DNA of 43,868 bases from a virus (taxonomy: Duplodnaviria; Caudoviricetes), in the IMG/VR virus record IMGVR_UViG_3300046061_000025, positions 1 through 43,868 of that record; one strand, given 5' to 3'. A program made the translations under genes and the position numbers. This document shows, piece by piece, positions 42,348-43,868 of the stretch. The notes beneath the pieces were generated by a model. The model was not told where the DNA came from and searched no databases. It saw nothing but the letters and a program-made list of their open reading frames with translations. Each line of letters begins with the position of its first letter. Position 1 is the stretch's first letter.

Positions 42348-43592
42348 ATGGTCACCGACGTCGACGAGATCGAGACCCTCCGAACCCGCCTCCACAACGG
42401 CGAGATCGCCGCAGACGACCGCGAGCTGATCGAGCAGTTCGATACGCGGCTGGAGCGCCGGCGCCCGCAATCGCTCTCGGCGGCGCGGCACAAGAAGCTC
42501 CTCCGGTCGGTCATCCTCATCGCGGAACGCCACGGCCAGCTCGCCGACGCGCTCGAGAACCGCGAGGCCGCCGAAGCCGTCAAGGACTGGATCGACGCCG
42601 AATACGACAACGAGGAGTCCAACCGAGATATGCGCGCGATCCTGAATCGGTTCGCCGGCCTCGTCACCGGACCTCCCGAAGATGACGACCCACCAGAGTC
42701 CGTGGCGTGGATTCCGACAACGTACTCGAACAGTTATGATCCGACGCCGGATCCGCGAGAGATCCTCGTGTGGGAGGACGATGTCGCGCCGATGCTCGAC
42801 GCTGCGCAGAACCTTCGGGATCGGGCGTTGATAGGGGTCGCGTTCGACGGTGGGTTTCGTGGGGGCGAACTCAAAGCGCTCGAACGGCGGGACTGTCAGG
42901 ACCACGACCACGGCCTCCAGGTCACCGTCGAGGGCAAGCAGGGTCGGCGGAGCGTCCTGCTCGTCCCCGCGGTCGAGTACCTCACCGACTGGCTCGCCGA
43001 ACACCCCGGCAACGATGGCACGGATCCGCTCTGGAGCAAGCTCGGCCGCCCGGAACGGGTCTCCGATCGGATGTTCTACAAGATCCTGGAGTCGGCGGCC
43101 GACCGCGCCGGTGTCGATAAGCCGGTGACGCCGACGAATTTCCGGAAGTCGAGTGCGGCCTACCTCGCTCGGCGGAACGTCAACCAGGCACACATCGAGG
43201 ACCATCACGGGTGGGTTCGGGGGTCGGATGCGGCGGCGCGGTACATCCAGGTGTTCGGTGAGGACACCGATCGCGAGATCGCTAAGGCGCACGGCGTTGA
43301 GGTGGAGGCTGGGGAGGAGCTGGTGACGCCGGCGGCCCGGGGGTGTCCGCGGTGTGGCGCTGTCGTCGAGCCGCACCGGTCGTTCTGCGCCGAGTGCAAT
43401 CAGGCGGTCGACCGCGAGGCGCATGCCGTCATCCAGCGCGCGATGGACATCCTCGACGACTCCCTCGTCGAAGCCGATGACGCAGAGACGCGGGATCAAC
43501 TCGTCACGACGCGACGGAAGTTCCGGGAGACCCCGGACGATTTCGACATGGACGCCGTTCATGAGTTGGTGTCCTCCGTTGATTCGAGGTAG
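42348..43592 (+). CDS. int: Tyrosine integrase (haloarchaeal SNJ2-like type) with C-terminal Zn ribbon
   Basis: GGFRGGEL (R), EGKQG (K), NFRKS, HHGW, AARY (Y); CPRCG...CAEC; start moved to ATG 42348. Confidence 0.93.
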   Translation: MVTDVDEIETLRTRLHNGEIAADDRELIEQFDTRLERRRPQSLSAARHKKLLRSVILIAERHGQLADALENREAAEAVKDWIDAEYDNEESNRDMRAILNRFAGLVTGPPEDDDPPESVAWIPTTYSNSYDPTPDPREILVWEDDVAPMLDAAQNLRDRALIGVAFDGGFRGGELKALERRDCQDHDHGLQVTVEGKQGRRSVLLVPAVEYLTDWLAEHPGNDGTDPLWSKLGRPERVSDRMFYKILESAADRAGVDKPVTPTNFRKSSAAYLARRNVNQAHIEDHHGWVRGSDAAARYIQVFGEDTDREIAKAHGVEVEAGEELVTPAARGCPRCGAVVEPHRSFCAECNQAVDREAHAVIQRAMDILDDSLVEADDAETRDQLVTTRRKFRETPDDFDMDAVHELVSSVDSR

Positions 43593-43702
43593 ATCTCGGC
43601 GAGGCGGCCGACGGGTTCGCCGTCGAACTTCTCGGCAACCGCGCGGATGGCGTCTCGCGCGGTTTCGTCGTCGGGCCGCCGCGGCTCGATGTCAGTGGTC
43701 AT
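43559..43702 (-). CDS. 47-aa microprotein convergent on and overlapping the integrase (not in ORF track)
   Basis: MTTDIEPRRPDDETARDAIRAVAEKFDGEPVGRLAEIYLESTEDTNS; GAGGAG RBS. Confidence 0.6.
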   Translation of the reverse strand: MTTDIEPRRPDDETARDAIRAVAEKFDGEPVGRLAEIYLESTEDTNS

Positions 43703-43868
43703 CGTTGATCTCCTCGCGGTCGATTTCCGCCTCTACAAACCGGCTGTTTCGCCCGCCATCGGTCTGTAAAGAGAGCCTTCCACCCTTGCCCTCAGAGTGT
43801 GAACAAGAGGACGAACAAAACCGACGGTCGCTCTGGCTGGGCGGGACCTCGAAGACGTCTCCGCAGTG
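43692..43868 (-). CDS. 3' part of the Zn-finger protein split by the window junction
   Basis: HCGDVFEVPPSQSDRRFCSSSC...LQTDGG...EEINDDH*; completes C-x-H-C with 1..161. Confidence 0.7.
   Translation of the reverse strand, partial: HCGDVFEVPPSQSDRRFCSSSCSHSEGKGGRLSLQTDGGRNSRFVEAEIDREEINDDH

Larger units (their letters stand above)
1..43868. mobile_element. Temperate tailed haloarchaeal virus genome (Caudoviricetes, siphovirus-like), apparently the circular episomal form
   Basis: Colinear TerS-TerL-portal-minor head-protease-MCP-neck-tail tube-chaperones-tape measure module; integrase with a tRNA-derived attP; acidic proteins; the window ends join into one reading frame. Confidence 0.93.

Overview
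This window looks like an essentially complete ~43.9 kb GC-rich genome of a temperate tailed haloarchaeal virus. The proteins are acidic, many genes are leaderless with TATA-box promoters, and GGAGG/GGTG ribosome-binding sites with ATGA/GTGA gene overlaps are common. No tail sheath is recognisable, so the virus is probably siphovirus-like. It appears to be the circular (excised) form: the two window ends join into one Cys-rich gene if one base is added, and an intact attP-like tRNA 3'-end sits just upstream of a tyrosine integrase. Layout: (1) a leftward early operon of small Zn-finger genes, an Hjc-type resolvase, a C5 DNA methyltransferase and an HNH nuclease, running from 6039 to 1 and continuing across the junction from 43868 to 39622; (2) a ~250-nt cluster of tRNA-like structured RNAs in that operon's leader (5600-5848); (3) a divergent switch with ribbon-helix-helix genes (5881-6557); (4) a HerA-like ATPase/wHTH module with a second divergent switch and a rightward cluster of small genes (6884-11117); (5) a minus-strand virion module from terminase to tail (38799 to 11128) with six copies of a conserved late-promoter motif. 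No recognisable replicase is present. All product calls come from motifs and synteny read by eye; no database searches were run. Many start codons were moved from the ORF track to fit RBS, overlap or promoter evidence.
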